A stretch of 64,000 bases of DNA, from NCBI GenBank assembly GCA_965242695.1, contig CBDESU010000001.1, forward strand, positions 768,001-832,000, written 5' to 3'. The DNA comes from Cenarchaeum sp. Its GTDB lineage: Archaea > Thermoproteota > Nitrososphaeria > Nitrososphaerales > Nitrosopumilaceae. The position numbers and the translations under genes were made by a program. How positions within the stretch are numbered: position 1 is the stretch's first letter; each line of letters opens with the position of its first letter. The notes under the pieces were generated by a model, which was not told where the DNA came from, searched no databases, and saw nothing but the letters and a program-made list of their open reading frames with translations. Positions 10,358 through 21,300 of this stretch are shown piece after piece.

Positions 10358-11605
10358 CTAGGGTGCCTCCCAGCCAAGCGCGCCCTGCTCTGGCCTGTAC
10401 CTGTTGACGATCTCGTCCATCTCCTTTGCGTAAAAGACCCTGCCGCTGTACCTGGCCTCGACCTGCCGAAGCGCCCCTACATCGACGAGCATGGCGATAG
10501 CCTTTTTGCCGGCCGGATACGTCCTGCCGATGTCTTTGCAGGCGCGCGGCACGGTCGTGTAGGGGTTGGCGAGCAGGGAGCAGAGCAGCAGCCTGGCGTT
10601 GTCCGCGGCCCCCTTTTCGGAGAGCATGCCGTCGTACCTGCCCCTGAGCCTGTCGAGGTCCCTTATGGCTGCTGCAGACCCGGCCGCCTGGCTGATGATG
10701 GCATCGAGAAAGAACAGCACCCACTCGGACCACTCCCGCCTCTGGCTTACGCCGCGAAGGCGCGCATAGTACTCTTCCCTATACTCCTCAAAGTACGCGC
10801 TCAGGCAGAGCAGCGGGTCGGGGAGGACGCCCCTGGCGCGGAGCACGGCCGGCACTAGGAGGCGCCCGACCCTGCCGTTTCCGTCCGGAAACGGGTGCAC
10901 CGCCTCGAACTGGTAGTGCGCCATGGCGCACTGCACGAGGACGGGCACCCTGCTGCCGGGAGTCTTCTGCAGGAATTCCATCATATCCTCGAGCAGGCGC
11001 GGGATCGATCCGTGCGGAGGAGGGATGTACCTCACCTGGCGACTCCTGCCCGAGTAGCGCACTATGTAGTTCTGCGCGACCCGGAGATGCCCGGGCCTCA
11101 TATTGGCGTCCCTAGAGCCTTCCATGAGCGTCCTGTGGGCCTGCAGGATGAGGCCAACATCCAGACTGCCGACTCCCTGGGCCGCACTATCCAGGGCCCC
11201 GTTCATGGCACTGGCGCAGTTGGCGGCCTCCTGCAGCCCCTCCCTGCCCGATGCGGGGCAGTACGTGCCGCCGATCGCATCGCGCTTGTTGAGATCCTCC
11301 AGGGATGCGTAGATCCCCTCGATCCGCGAGCTGAGGACCGCCTCGCGGTTGACGTATGCCCGGACCAGCATTTCCGGGTTCGGCACAAGCGTTCTTGCCG
11401 CGTTCAACTCGTACACGCTTCGCTCTGCCCTGATCAGCCTGCGGGACACTTTCGTGTCAAGATCCATCGGCGGCGGGAGACGTTCCGGCACAAACGTAAG
11501 CTCTCCCCGCTCGTTCTTTGCAAAGGTGCCGTTGGGGTTTGCATAGTCGGCAAACCAGGGCCTCGCCTTGGCGCTTTCCCCATCTTCGTCTACGGATCTG
11601 GCCAT
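10358..11605 (-). CDS. Fic family adenylyltransferase with N-terminal inhibitory motif and C-terminal HTH-like region
   Basis: Canonical HPFPDGNGRVGR; SSRIEG autoinhibition-type motif. Confidence 0.92.
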   Translation of the reverse strand: MARSVDEDGESAKARPWFADYANPNGTFAKNERGELTFVPERLPPPMDLDTKVSRRLIRAERSVYELNAARTLVPNPEMLVRAYVNREAVLSSRIEGIYASLEDLNKRDAIGGTYCPASGREGLQEAANCASAMNGALDSAAQGVGSLDVGLILQAHRTLMEGSRDANMRPGHLRVAQNYIVRYSGRSRQVRYIPPPHGSIPRLLEDMMEFLQKTPGSRVPVLVQCAMAHYQFEAVHPFPDGNGRVGRLLVPAVLRARGVLPDPLLCLSAYFEEYREEYYARLRGVSQRREWSEWVLFFLDAIISQAAGSAAAIRDLDRLRGRYDGMLSEKGAADNARLLLCSLLANPYTTVPRACKDIGRTYPAGKKAIAMLVDVGALRQVEARYSGRVFYAKEMDEIVNRYRPEQGALGWEAP

Positions 11606-11732
11606 CGCTTCCGCCTCCCGTCCACGCGCAAGCCTCCCTCTTAAACGGAACGACAAGCCGCCCACGGTGTCCGCCGCGGTAACCCGGGGCGTCGGCGCGG
11701 GACGATCTGGCTCGCGCTGCCCTTGCTCCCTT

Positions 11733-12554
11733 CCGCCCCGCGACATTGATCAAAGATCAACTACGCCGCCCGACATTGATCGTTTTCGCCATTTTGATCA
11801 ACAAGAGCGGCCGCCGGCCGCCCTCCGGCCCGTCCCCCCGGCCGCCCCCTCCCAACGCCCCTGCCTAGGCCCCCTAGCGGCGGCGAGGGCGCGGGAACGG
11901 GGCAGGCGCGGCCGCCCGCTCCTGCCGCCGCCGCCCTCTTGGGCCGCCCGCTCCTGCCCCCCCTCCTCTTCCCCCGAATCGGCCCCCTCCGCCCCGCGAC
12001 ATTGATCAAAGATCAACTACGCCGCCCGACATTGATCGTTTTCGCCATTTTGATCAACAAGAGTGGCCGCCGGCCGCCCTCCGGCCCGTCCCCCCGGCCG
12101 CCCCCTCCCAACGCCCCCGCCTGCCCCCTAGCGGCGGCGAGGGCGCGGGAACGGGGCAGGCGCGGCCGCCCGCTCCTGCCGCCGCCCCCCTCTTGGGCCC
12201 CCCGCTCCTGCCCCCCCGCCCCCGAATCGGCCCCTCATCCGCCCCGTGACATTGATCAAAGATCAACTACGCCGCCCGACATTGATCGTTTTCGCCATTT
12301 TGATCAACAAGAGCGGCCGCCGGCCGCCCTCCGGCCCGTCCCCCCGGCCGCCCCCTCCCAACGCCCCCGCCTGCCCCCTAGCGGCGGCGAGGGCGCGGGA
12401 ACGGGGCAGGCGCGGCCGCCCGCTCCTGCCGCCGCCCCTCTCTTGGGCCCCCCGCTCCTGCCCTCCCCAGAACCAGCCCCTCATCCGCCCCGCGACATTG
12501 ATCAAAGATCAACCACGAACCGTGACATTGATCAGATCTGGCAAATCGATCAAC
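11733..12554. repeat. Intergenic tandem array, 3 full plus 1 partial units of 246-256 bp with GATC-rich cores
   Basis: Units start at 11733, 11989, 12239, 12485; core CGACATTGATCAAAGATCAACTACGCCGCCCGACATTGATCGTTTTCGCCATTTTGATCAAC. Confidence 0.95.
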
Positions 12555-12716
12555 TAGAACAGGCGCCGCCCGCCCGCCCGCCCGCCCGCGATGCCGTCGG
12601 GCGGCGGCGCATGCCGGGTCCGGACAGCCGCCCCCCACCCCACCCCGCATGCGGTCGATTGACCGCCCGATGGCTGAAGCACTGGACATTTATGCGGGCG
12701 GATGCCGGCGGCCGGC

Positions 12717-13352
12717 ATGGGCGAGGAGGGCCGATCGGCACTGGAGCGATACCCCGGCGGTCCATGCGCGGAGGGGCCGCTGCGCCGCGTGGCCGCTAGG
12801 CTTGCGGCCGGGCCGAGGCGGCTGTTCGGCGACTTTGCCGTATTGGACGTCGCGCTGTACCTGGGGCTTGCCGGAGCGCCGTTGCTCCTGCACCTTTTGG
12901 CGGGTGGCCTGTACACGCTGGAGACCTCTGCCATGATGTCCGCCGCAAACGGCTCCATTGTCACGCTGCTGCTGCTCTCATTCCGCGGGCGGCGCCGTCG
13001 GCTCAGGATGCGCAGGGAGTGCGGGCTGCGCTGCGAGCACCTGCTCGACCGCATCAAGGACCTGCTCGACACCATCCCTTGCCGTACCGAGGCCAAGACG
13101 CTCGCCACCCTCCACGAGATCCGCAACTGCTACATGGAGTCGATCGAGCTGATCAACAGGATGGGGGAAGGCGGCAGCTTGCTCGCCGCCAAGATGCGCA
13201 TGGCGCGCGATCAGATCGACGAGATGTACGACATCCAGACGGGATCGCTGCGCCGCACAGAGGCCAATGCGGCAGACTTTGCCGCCGCCATGCGCAGCCT
13301 CGGAAGGGACGCGGACGGGGCGGTGCGCGGAGGGCCTCGGCCGGCGAAATGA
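12717..13352 (+). CDS. Hypothetical membrane protein (2 TM followed by helical domain)
   Basis: ATG 23 nt after TTTATG; hydrophobic segments then amphipathic helices. Confidence 0.65.
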   Translation: MGEEGRSALERYPGGPCAEGPLRRVAARLAAGPRRLFGDFAVLDVALYLGLAGAPLLLHLLAGGLYTLETSAMMSAANGSIVTLLLLSFRGRRRRLRMRRECGLRCEHLLDRIKDLLDTIPCRTEAKTLATLHEIRNCYMESIELINRMGEGGSLLAAKMRMARDQIDEMYDIQTGSLRRTEANAADFAAAMRSLGRDADGAVRGGPRPAK

Positions 13353-13518
13353 GGCCGTGTCGACGCGGCCGCAAGGGCAATCGGCGGCGAAGCCGCCAGC
13401 GCCGTCCGGATGCACGGCGCCGCCAAGTGCCGTCCCTGCGGGCACCGGGCCTGCCGTTCGATCCCGCATGCCCGGGCGGTCTCGTATAGGGTATACCATA
13501 TTCATCCCAATTGGAGAG

Positions 13519-14697
13519 CTAGTGCCTATCACGCATGCGCTGCCCGCCCGCGTGCACCCTTGCGCGAAGTGCGTCAAAGTGGCGGGCATCCATGTCAAGG
13601 CAGTCTATCGCGTTTCTGGCGTTGATCAGGCCCCTGTCGTACGACGACAGGACGAGCCCCACGAACTTGCGCCCCATCTACGCCACGCGCACGTCGATGA
13701 ACGACGGGCCTCCCCTTGCGGACCTTTTGGCAGCCGGCTTGTAGGCGTTGGCCGCCAGCCGAAGCAGGCCCGTGTACTCGCCCCTGTGGCGGCTGCCTGG
13801 AAGGCCTGCGGCCCTTACGGCCGCCGCATACCTGCTGGTCTTGAACCTCTTGGCAAGCTCGTCGACGACCTTGCCCGGATCGCGCAGGCTTTTCTCGCAC
13901 CTGCGGCGCTCTGCCGCAAACTCGCCCCTTGGCATCAGAAGCGAGGCGGCAAACCGGCTGCACCACGACTCGGTCCTTTGGGCCGCAGGCCCCGGGGCCG
14001 AGGCGTCCGGCAGCTCGCTGCAGATGCCACCGCTTCGAAGCAGCACATGGGCGTACTCGTGGAGGATCGTAAACGCCCTGGCCGCCTCCGGATCCCTCGA
14101 GTTGACCAGTATGGCGTACGGCGTCTTGCCGGTCAGGGCCAGGCCCCGCACCCCGCGGATGTCCATCGGGTGCTGGAACACCAGTATGTTGAGCGACTCG
14201 ATCGCATCCCTGAGGCCGCGGTAGAGGCCGCGCGGGCCCCCGTTCCCCGCATGTCCCCCCGCGGCCAGCCTGCCGCGCTCTGCGTCGGCGACGTCTTCGG
14301 CCGAGTCGCCCGTGGTGACGCCGCCCCTGACGAGGGGCCGTGTCGGGGCCCCGCCGTCGTCCATCATCTCCCTCGCCATGGACTGCGCATAGCGGGCGCT
14401 GCGGATCGTGATCCTGTCCTCGGGGGTCAGGCGCGGCCCCGCGCCGTGCGCCAGCCTGTAGTCGGCGAGATCCTCGTCGTCCGGCGGCGACTTGAGGAGG
14501 AGTATGGCCTCGGGCCGCTTTACGCAGCCTGCCAGGCGGCCCATCTTGGAGTAGTCCATCACGCCGGTGCGCACCCACTCGTCGACAAGCCGCCTGTCGA
14601 CGCCCGTCTTCTGCGCCACGGCATCGTGGCCCATGCCGCTGCTGTCGATGACCCACTTTACGACGCTCGGCTCTAGGCGCACCGTGAAGCTTTTCAT
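13519..14697 (-). pseudogene. HTH + ImmA/IrrE metallo-endopeptidase, interrupted by in-frame TAG at 13678-13680
   Basis: N-terminal Xre-like HTH, AFTILHEYAH (HExxH), ESWCSRFAASLLMP; family-like tail GRKFVGLVLSSYDRGLINARNAIDCL continues after the TAG. Confidence 0.8.
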
Positions 14698-14847
14698 GCC
14701 TGCCCATCCAAAGGGTGCGTAATAAGTCCCAACTAGGGATGTGGGCGTCTGCTGCACAAAAGGCAGCGACCCTTTTGCCCGCGCCTGCGCCTAGGGGATC
14801 GCCGGGAGGGCCACTCTTTTTGTACACGACGCGAGCGGCGCCTCCTC

Positions 14848-14860
14848 GAACGGCATAAAG
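14848..14860 (+). promoter_or_regulatory. Family-A promoter motif GAAC(G/T)GCATAAAG, first copy
   Basis: Further copies start at 15785, 16812, 17766, 29311, 30991, 31952, 32859, 34278, 45903, 49216; each ends 23-26 nt before a start codon. Confidence 0.85.
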
Positions 14861-14883
14861 GCGGCGGCGCGGCGCCGCCGTGC

Positions 14884-15726
14884 GTGGCGGACGGAGCAGG
14901 GCCCCGCGCGGCGACCCCGGCAGGGACGAAGGCCGCCGCCGGCGCCGAACGGGCCGTATGGAGGGCCGCGGGGGATGCGCGGGCGTGGGTCGCGGCGATG
15001 CACCGCTACGCGGCCTGGGCTGCGCTCGAGCGGGGGTGCAAGTACATGTCGGCGGCGGCTGCCAATGCGACGGACTCTGCAGAGGCGCTCGGGGGCGCGG
15101 CCGGAAGGGACGGCAGCATAGACGTGGACTCCCTTGTGTCGGGCGCCTCCGACATCACCAAGGGCGCGCTCTCGGCGGGGGCGGCAAAGCCCGCGTTCAC
15201 CGAGGCCGCCGATCGCTCGCGGCTGGAGGCGTCCGAGCGCGGCATGGCCGCCGATGCGTACGGCATGGCGGGGGCATCAAGGGCGGCGCGGGCGCAGCGC
15301 GGGCGGGCCAAGAGGGCTCGAAAGAGGGCGGATACAGCGGACGGATGGTCGTCGGGCGCGGCAGGCAAGACAGATCTGCTCTCCGGGCTGCTGGACGCAT
15401 GCATCGAGGGCATGGCCAAGTCGTCCATGAACGGCTGGAAGGGCGGCGGGGCCGAGTGGATGGCCATGCGCGCCCGCCTGCAGGACGGCATCGCGCGCGA
15501 TCTGGCAGGGTGGACCGGACTTGTCGGGCAGGCCGCCGAGTCGAAGGCAAGGGCGGAAGGCGGCCTGGATCGGGCCTCGGACGCGGTAAAAAGGACCGGA
15601 ACTGCGGCGGGACTGCAGTGGGAGGGGGGAGGAAAGGGCGGCGGCGGGGGGCCGCCGGGCGCGCGGGATGCCGTGGATGCGTGGCTTGCCGCCATGGGGT
15701 CGGCCGAGCTGGCGTCGCGGGGCTGA
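14884..15726 (+). CDS. Ala/Trp-rich helical protein, family A (A1)
   Basis: VWRAAGDARAWVAAMHRYAAW motif shared with paralogs; promoter motif 24 nt upstream. Confidence 0.75.
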   Translation: MADGAGPRAATPAGTKAAAGAERAVWRAAGDARAWVAAMHRYAAWAALERGCKYMSAAAANATDSAEALGGAAGRDGSIDVDSLVSGASDITKGALSAGAAKPAFTEAADRSRLEASERGMAADAYGMAGASRAARAQRGRAKRARKRADTADGWSSGAAGKTDLLSGLLDACIEGMAKSSMNGWKGGGAEWMAMRARLQDGIARDLAGWTGLVGQAAESKARAEGGLDRASDAVKRTGTAAGLQWEGGGKGGGGGPPGARDAVDAWLAAMGSAELASRG

Positions 15727-15820
15727 TGCGCCGCCGGACCGGATTGCGCAACAGCCGAACCGCGCCGCCCGCCCGTGTCGGGACGAACTGCATAAAGGCG
15801 GGCCGGCGGCGCCCCGCGGC

Positions 15821-16822
15821 ATGGGCGATGCGGGGCCGGCCGGCGGCGCAGATTCCGACTCCGATACGGAGAACACATCGGGGGCCGTCGTGGCAGATGA
15901 TGCGGGGCCAGCCGGCGGCGCAGATTCCGGCGCCGGCTCCGATGCGCAGCCGCCGCCGCTGGTCGGCGTGATGTGGGCGGCGGCCGGCGACGCAATGACG
16001 TGGAAGGCCGCAATCCACGAACACGCGGCGCTGGCAAGGCGCGGGGCGGCGTGGGAGGCCGAGGCCCGGTCGGACGCCCTGATGGAGCAGGCGGCCGAGG
16101 AGTTGGGCCGGGCCGTCGATGCGCACGGCCGGATGGACAAGGATGCAATTATACGGGTGGTCTCGGCGATGAGGCGGGCCGTAGGGCAGCGGGTGCGCTC
16201 ATCCAGGGCGTTCATGCGGTCGTCCAATCTGTACGAGGCAGCCTGGGCAGAGCAGAAGACGGCATCCGAGGCGTTCATGCGGTCGACCGACCCGGAGCAT
16301 GCCGCGGCCGTGCGCAATGTGGCGGCAGGGACGTACGGGGATGTGGCAAGGGAGGCTAGGAATGCGATCCGCGTGCTCTACGGGGCGGACGGCATTTTGG
16401 AGAATGCCATCAGGCTGGCGGACGGCGCGATCATGCAGCTGGAGGAGGGAGGCAGGGCGCCGGGCGGCGGCGACGCGCCGGCCTCCATACTGGCCTACAT
16501 GCAGGAGTATGCGGGGCGGGAGCAGGCGTCGGCGGCGGCAAGAGGGCTCCTGGATGAGGCGGGGAAGACGATGGCGAGGCTGCGAAGGCTGGCAGCCGCT
16601 GCGTCCAAGGCGTCGTCGTCGGAGGCGGAAGCCGCTGCGGCGGCGGCCGCTGGAGGGGAGGATGGACGACGGGGCGGGCCTAGCGTGCAGGAGGCCGAGG
16701 AGGCGTGGCGGCGGGCCGCGGCGGCAGCTGCCGCCGCCGATGCCGCCGCCGATGCCGCCGCCGATGCCGGGCATCGCGACGGCCGGGGGGCGCGGGGCCG
16801 CAGCCCGGATCGAACGGCATAA
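15821..16822 (+). CDS. Ala/Trp-rich helical protein, family A (A2)
   Basis: MWAAAGDAMTWKAAIHEHAA...LGRAVDAHG; promoter motif 24 nt upstream. Confidence 0.75.
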   Translation: MGDAGPAGGADSDSDTENTSGAVVADDAGPAGGADSGAGSDAQPPPLVGVMWAAAGDAMTWKAAIHEHAALARRGAAWEAEARSDALMEQAAEELGRAVDAHGRMDKDAIIRVVSAMRRAVGQRVRSSRAFMRSSNLYEAAWAEQKTASEAFMRSTDPEHAAAVRNVAAGTYGDVAREARNAIRVLYGADGILENAIRLADGAIMQLEEGGRAPGGGDAPASILAYMQEYAGREQASAAARGLLDEAGKTMARLRRLAAAASKASSSEAEAAAAAAAGGEDGRRGGPSVQEAEEAWRRAAAAAAAADAAADAAADAGHRDGRGARGRSPDRTA

Positions 16823-16846
16823 AGGCCGCACTCGGCGCCGCGGCGC

Positions 16847-17668
16847 GTGGATGCAGAGTCGGCCGATGCGCGCACGCTGTGGAAGGCGGCCGCTGTCGCA
16901 ATGGAGTGGACGGCTGCCATGCGCGGCCACGATGCGTGGGCGGCGCGCCGGAGGGGGTGGGCCGCCAAGGCCGAGGCCGACGACGACGCGGGGCGCGTGG
17001 CCGAAGAGTGCGCGCGGGCCGTCGACGGGCAGGGAGTAATGAACGTCGCATCCATCCGGCGCGTGGAAGAGGCGATGAGGCGGGCCGCGGACCCGCTGGT
17101 GCGCGCATCCAGGGCGCTTGCGCGGTCGTCAAGGCTCTACGAGGCGGCCGAGTCGGACCTGCTTCGCGCATCCAGGGCGCACAGGCGGGCGGGGAACAGA
17201 GACTACGCCGCAACCGTGGCGGAACGGGCCGCCAACTCGCGCGACCATGCGCAGGAGCTGGCAGGGCTGGCGGCGGGCATGCTCGCCGAGGCCGAGTCGC
17301 TCAGGAGCGATGCCGCAAGGCTGGCCGGCGCCGCGGCGGGGGAGCCGCCGGGGCTTGCGTGGCAGGCCGACCGCGCCGCGCTGTCGTCGTCCCAGTCCGA
17401 CATGGCGGAGGATTCAAGGCGGGCGAGCGCAAAGTCTGCAAAGATGCTCGCCGAGGCCGAAGAGACCGTGCGGGCGGCGGAGATGCTAAGGCAGCTTACG
17501 GCGGCGGCGGCCGAGGCGTCCGCGGCGGCGGCGGCTGAGGCGGCGGCCCGGGGACGGGGAGTGCCCGGCGTGGAAAGGGCGGCGGTTGCGTGGAGGAGGG
17601 CCGTGGCAAGGGCCCATGCCGTGGACGGCAGGGGGCGGCCGCGGCGGACCAGGGAACGCGGGAGGTAA
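16847..17668 (+). CDS. Ala/Trp-rich helical protein, family A (A3)
   Basis: LWKAAAVAMEWTAAMRGHDAW...ECARAVDGQG; promoter motif 23 nt upstream. Confidence 0.75.
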   Translation: MDAESADARTLWKAAAVAMEWTAAMRGHDAWAARRRGWAAKAEADDDAGRVAEECARAVDGQGVMNVASIRRVEEAMRRAADPLVRASRALARSSRLYEAAESDLLRASRAHRRAGNRDYAATVAERAANSRDHAQELAGLAAGMLAEAESLRSDAARLAGAAAGEPPGLAWQADRAALSSSQSDMAEDSRRASAKSAKMLAEAEETVRAAEMLRQLTAAAAEASAAAAAEAAARGRGVPGVERAAVAWRRAVARAHAVDGRGRPRRTRERGR

Positions 17669-17878
17669 CGGGGACTGCGCGGAGGACTTGGGGTGAGGGC
17701 GCCGCGGGCGGGGAGTGGCGGTGGCACTTGGCGAATCGAGGCGAGGGCGGCGAGGGCGCCCATTCGAACTGCACAAAGGCGGCGCGGCGGCGGTGCCGCA
17801 CATGGGCGGTGCGGGGCAGGGCGCGGCGGAACGGCCGCCGCCGTGGCGCGCCGGCCCGGCGCAGGGCGGATCAAGCGT

Positions 17879-17990
17879 CCAAAAACCCCGCACGCAGGCG
17901 CGGGTAGGGGCATGCTCTCCCATCACGCACCGCCCAGCGCGGGGCGCCTTGACCGGCCCCAAAAACCCCGCACGCAGGCGCGGGTAGGGG
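17879..17990. repeat. 32-bp direct repeat x2 with hairpin
   Basis: CCAAAAACCCCGCACGCAGGCGCGGGTAGGGG at ~17879 and ~17959. Confidence 0.85.
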
Positions 17991-18016
17991 AGAGGGTTGC
18001 ACTATGTGATCATACG

Positions 18017-18212
18017 CTGCCGGCCGGCGTGACAGAGGCGGCCGAGGGCGGCGCATACGCGGCCGTCGGCGGGGGAACGGCGTGGCTGCGGGACTCGGCG
18101 GCGGGGGTGCCGAGCCGCCGTGGTTCAAGCTGAACCTGACCGCCCACAATGCGGTGCAGGGCAAGACGATCGCCCAGAGCGACACGGACAGCGCACAGTG
18201 CAACTGGCCGTA
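18017..18212 (+). pseudogene. Degenerate copy of the C-terminus of the downstream giant surface protein
   Basis: Aligns to 24028-24234 (shared TGGTTCAAGCTGAACCTGAC, ACAGCGCACAGTGCA, CCGTAGCCGG). Confidence 0.8.
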
Positions 18213-18368
18213 GCCGGGTTGCGGCGGCACATCCTGCCGCGCAGCGGGGGGGGGGGGGGGGGGCAATCGAGGCCCTCGGCGGCGCCCCTGCCCATGCAAA
18301 TTCGGTAGGTGCGGGCGGATGAGCGGCCGACCAGAGGTTTTATTACATGGGCCGTGCGCGCGCCGCAC

Positions 18369-21300
18369 ATGCGGGGCCGCAAGCCGCCGTCCTACGGCAG
18401 CGCAAAGGGCGCTATGGGGGGGGGGGTGCGGGATGCCGCCGGCAGAGGAGGCGGCGGCCGCCTGCCGCGGCGCCGCGCACCGTACGCCGCGCTTGCACTG
18501 GCGGCGGTTGCGCTTGCACTGGCGGCGGCCTCGACTCCTGATGCCCATGCCGGGGGCGGAACACTCACCCCGTGCCTATTCACGTCGGGCACCTCGGACA
18601 TCGACTCGATTCGGTTCCTGTCTCCGAACGGCACATACGGCATAGGCGATCACATCCACCCTGCGTGGCACAAGCTTCTACTCTGATTCCACCGCAGATC
18701 ACATACTGACTCATGGGGCCGTCAATCTTGAGACGGGGACGCGCGACAGGTTCGCCTGGTATGCATCCCACCAAAGCACCAGCATGGACTACCGCTACAC
18801 GGTGGAGGCCGGCGACAACAGCACCGACCTGGACTACACCTCAACAAGGGCGTTGTACTGGCGAATTCTAAACCACTATAGTAGTTACCCCCAAAATATT
18901 GCAAAAACCGGCGGGACCGCCGCAAACTGCCTCATCCCCACCCCGGGCATGGCCGGGTCGCTCGCCAACCAGAGCGACATCAGGGTCGACGGCATTGCGC
19001 CGAAGGTCGTGTCGGTCTCGTCGCCCAACGCGAACGGCACGTACGGGGTCGGCTCGGGCATTACCGTGGCGGTCACCTTTGACGACGACGTGGCCGTCAA
19101 CAGCACGGGAGGCGTCCCGCTGATCGTACTCAACACGACGGCGGACGGCGTCACACGAAGCGCCACGTACGACGCGGACGCCAGCACGGCCAGGACACTG
19201 GCGTTCAAGTACACGGTGCGGGCGGGAGACGACATAGGAGACCTGACGTATGCAAACGCCACGGCCCTGTCCTTCAACAACGGAACCATCAAGGACGATG
19301 CCGGCAACAACGCCAGCCTGGCCCTGCCCGTCCCGGACGCGGCCAGGTCGCTGGGCAGCTCGAAGGATATCGCGTTCGACACGGCGGCGTCGGCGCGGCC
19401 GTCGGCGCCGTGCTCGCCCGACCCGTCCGACTGCATATTCCGCTTTACGGACACGCCGGTCGTTGAGCGGCTCGAGGACTGGCCGGCCGGCGGCTCGAGG
19501 CTGATCGAGTTCGACCCGGCAAGCGACAGGCTGTACGTCGCGTACGGCAGCGTGGTCGCCGTGTACGATGCGGGCCTCCCCGGCTACCCCCTAATGTTCA
19601 ACGCGACCTTTCCCGGCTCTCCCGGCTCTGCGATCAGGGCCATGGCGGCCAACACGAAGACGGGCGACCTGTACGTGGCGACGGCGACGACGAGCCATAC
19701 GGGCGCCACGAACCTGTACGCAATGAACTCCAGCGGATCACTGAGCAACGTCACTTTGACGACGCCGTACTTTCACGACGGTCAGAATCTGAACCCACTC
19801 CCAAGCAAACTGTACGTCGATTCCGAGCAGGACATGGTGTACATGTCGACAATTCTGCGCGGCACCTCGTACGTATCCACGGACACTAGCGCCGACGGCA
19901 TACTGGCAATCAACGCAACCGACGACCCGCCCGCCCACATCCCGTTCAGCCGGAACGGCTGGAGGAACACCTACCACGCCTGGCACGTGTCATCCATGGC
20001 CGTCAACTCGACGGGCCAGGACACCATAGTGTACGCCATGAACCTCTACTGGGAACCCTCCCGCACCAACTGGGCCAGCGCGCTGAGCACCCTGAGGTTT
20101 AGCGGCGGAGGCGGATTCGATCCAGACTACGTGGCAATCGACAGGATAATTTTTCGCAGTGCACTCGCCGGCGCAGCCGACCCGGCCGTCAATGCGCACG
20201 ACATGGTCCTCGACGACCGCAACGACAAGCTGTTCATACTGCTCCAGAACCATACGCTCGTATGGTACGACCTGACGGGCCGCGCCTCCGGCTCTGTCGG
20301 ACTCCCGACATTCGGCGGCAACCTTGAGAGGACCGCCGGAACCAGCAGGGATCTTGTGATCGACGAGCGGCGCGGCCTCTTGTACTGGTTCACGTCCACG
20401 AGCGTCGGCGTGTACCGCACGCTGGACGGGGAGAGGCTGGCCGTCGTCGACCGGCCCGGACAGGACGGCTACGCCGCCGCAATCGACGCAGTCCCCGCCT
20501 CGGCGGCCCTTCCGGCCGGCGCGGACGCCGGGGACGTCGACACCGGCATCGTGTACGCGCTCGGCCAGGCGGGCCCCCAGCTGACGGTGATCGACCCGAG
20601 GCCGGAGTCGCTGCCCGAGCGCCTGGCTAGGGAGGCCGCCGACGGCGGCACGGTGGCCATTCCGGACGGGACGTACCGCGACGTCTACCTGTCGACTGAC
20701 GCGGGCGGGCCCAAAAAGGCCATGACCATACGCTCCGAGTCGGGCCAGCCGGGCGGCGTCGTGTTCACGGGGGCATCGCACATACGAGTGCTCAACGGCG
20801 ACGTGGCGGTCCAGGGGATCGTGTTTCGGGACACCACATGCCACGACAAGCTAGAGGGCGCCGACAGCCCCGACGGCTACCTGCCCGAGCACGTCGTCAA
20901 CGTAGACGTGAACACGACGCACGCCGGCAACATCACCATATCCGACAACGTCTTCGAGAACACCTGCTACGGCGGCATCCTATCGGGGGGACTCGACGGC
21001 GCCGGCAGCGGCAACGCATCGGACGTCCTGATATCCAACAACACGTTCAGGGACATCGGGTACAACGCGCGGCACTACGACGGCGTGCCGGACAGTCTGC
21101 GGCATGCGATAGAGACGGGGGCGTACCCGGGCGCGGTGCAGATGCGAAACGCCGAGATCGCATCGAACACGTTCGAGAGGATCGCCGGAATAGCAGTTGA
21201 CATCCGGCAAGCTAGGAACCTGGACGTGTCCGGCAACGCGTTTGCGGACGTTCCGCTCAGCGCGGTCAGGTTGCACGGGGGCTCGGACGGCATCGCGGTG

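Noticed and set aside
11733-12554. CRISPR array
   Set aside because: Intervening sequences are ~190 bp and near-identical rather than unique spacers; no cas genes in the window
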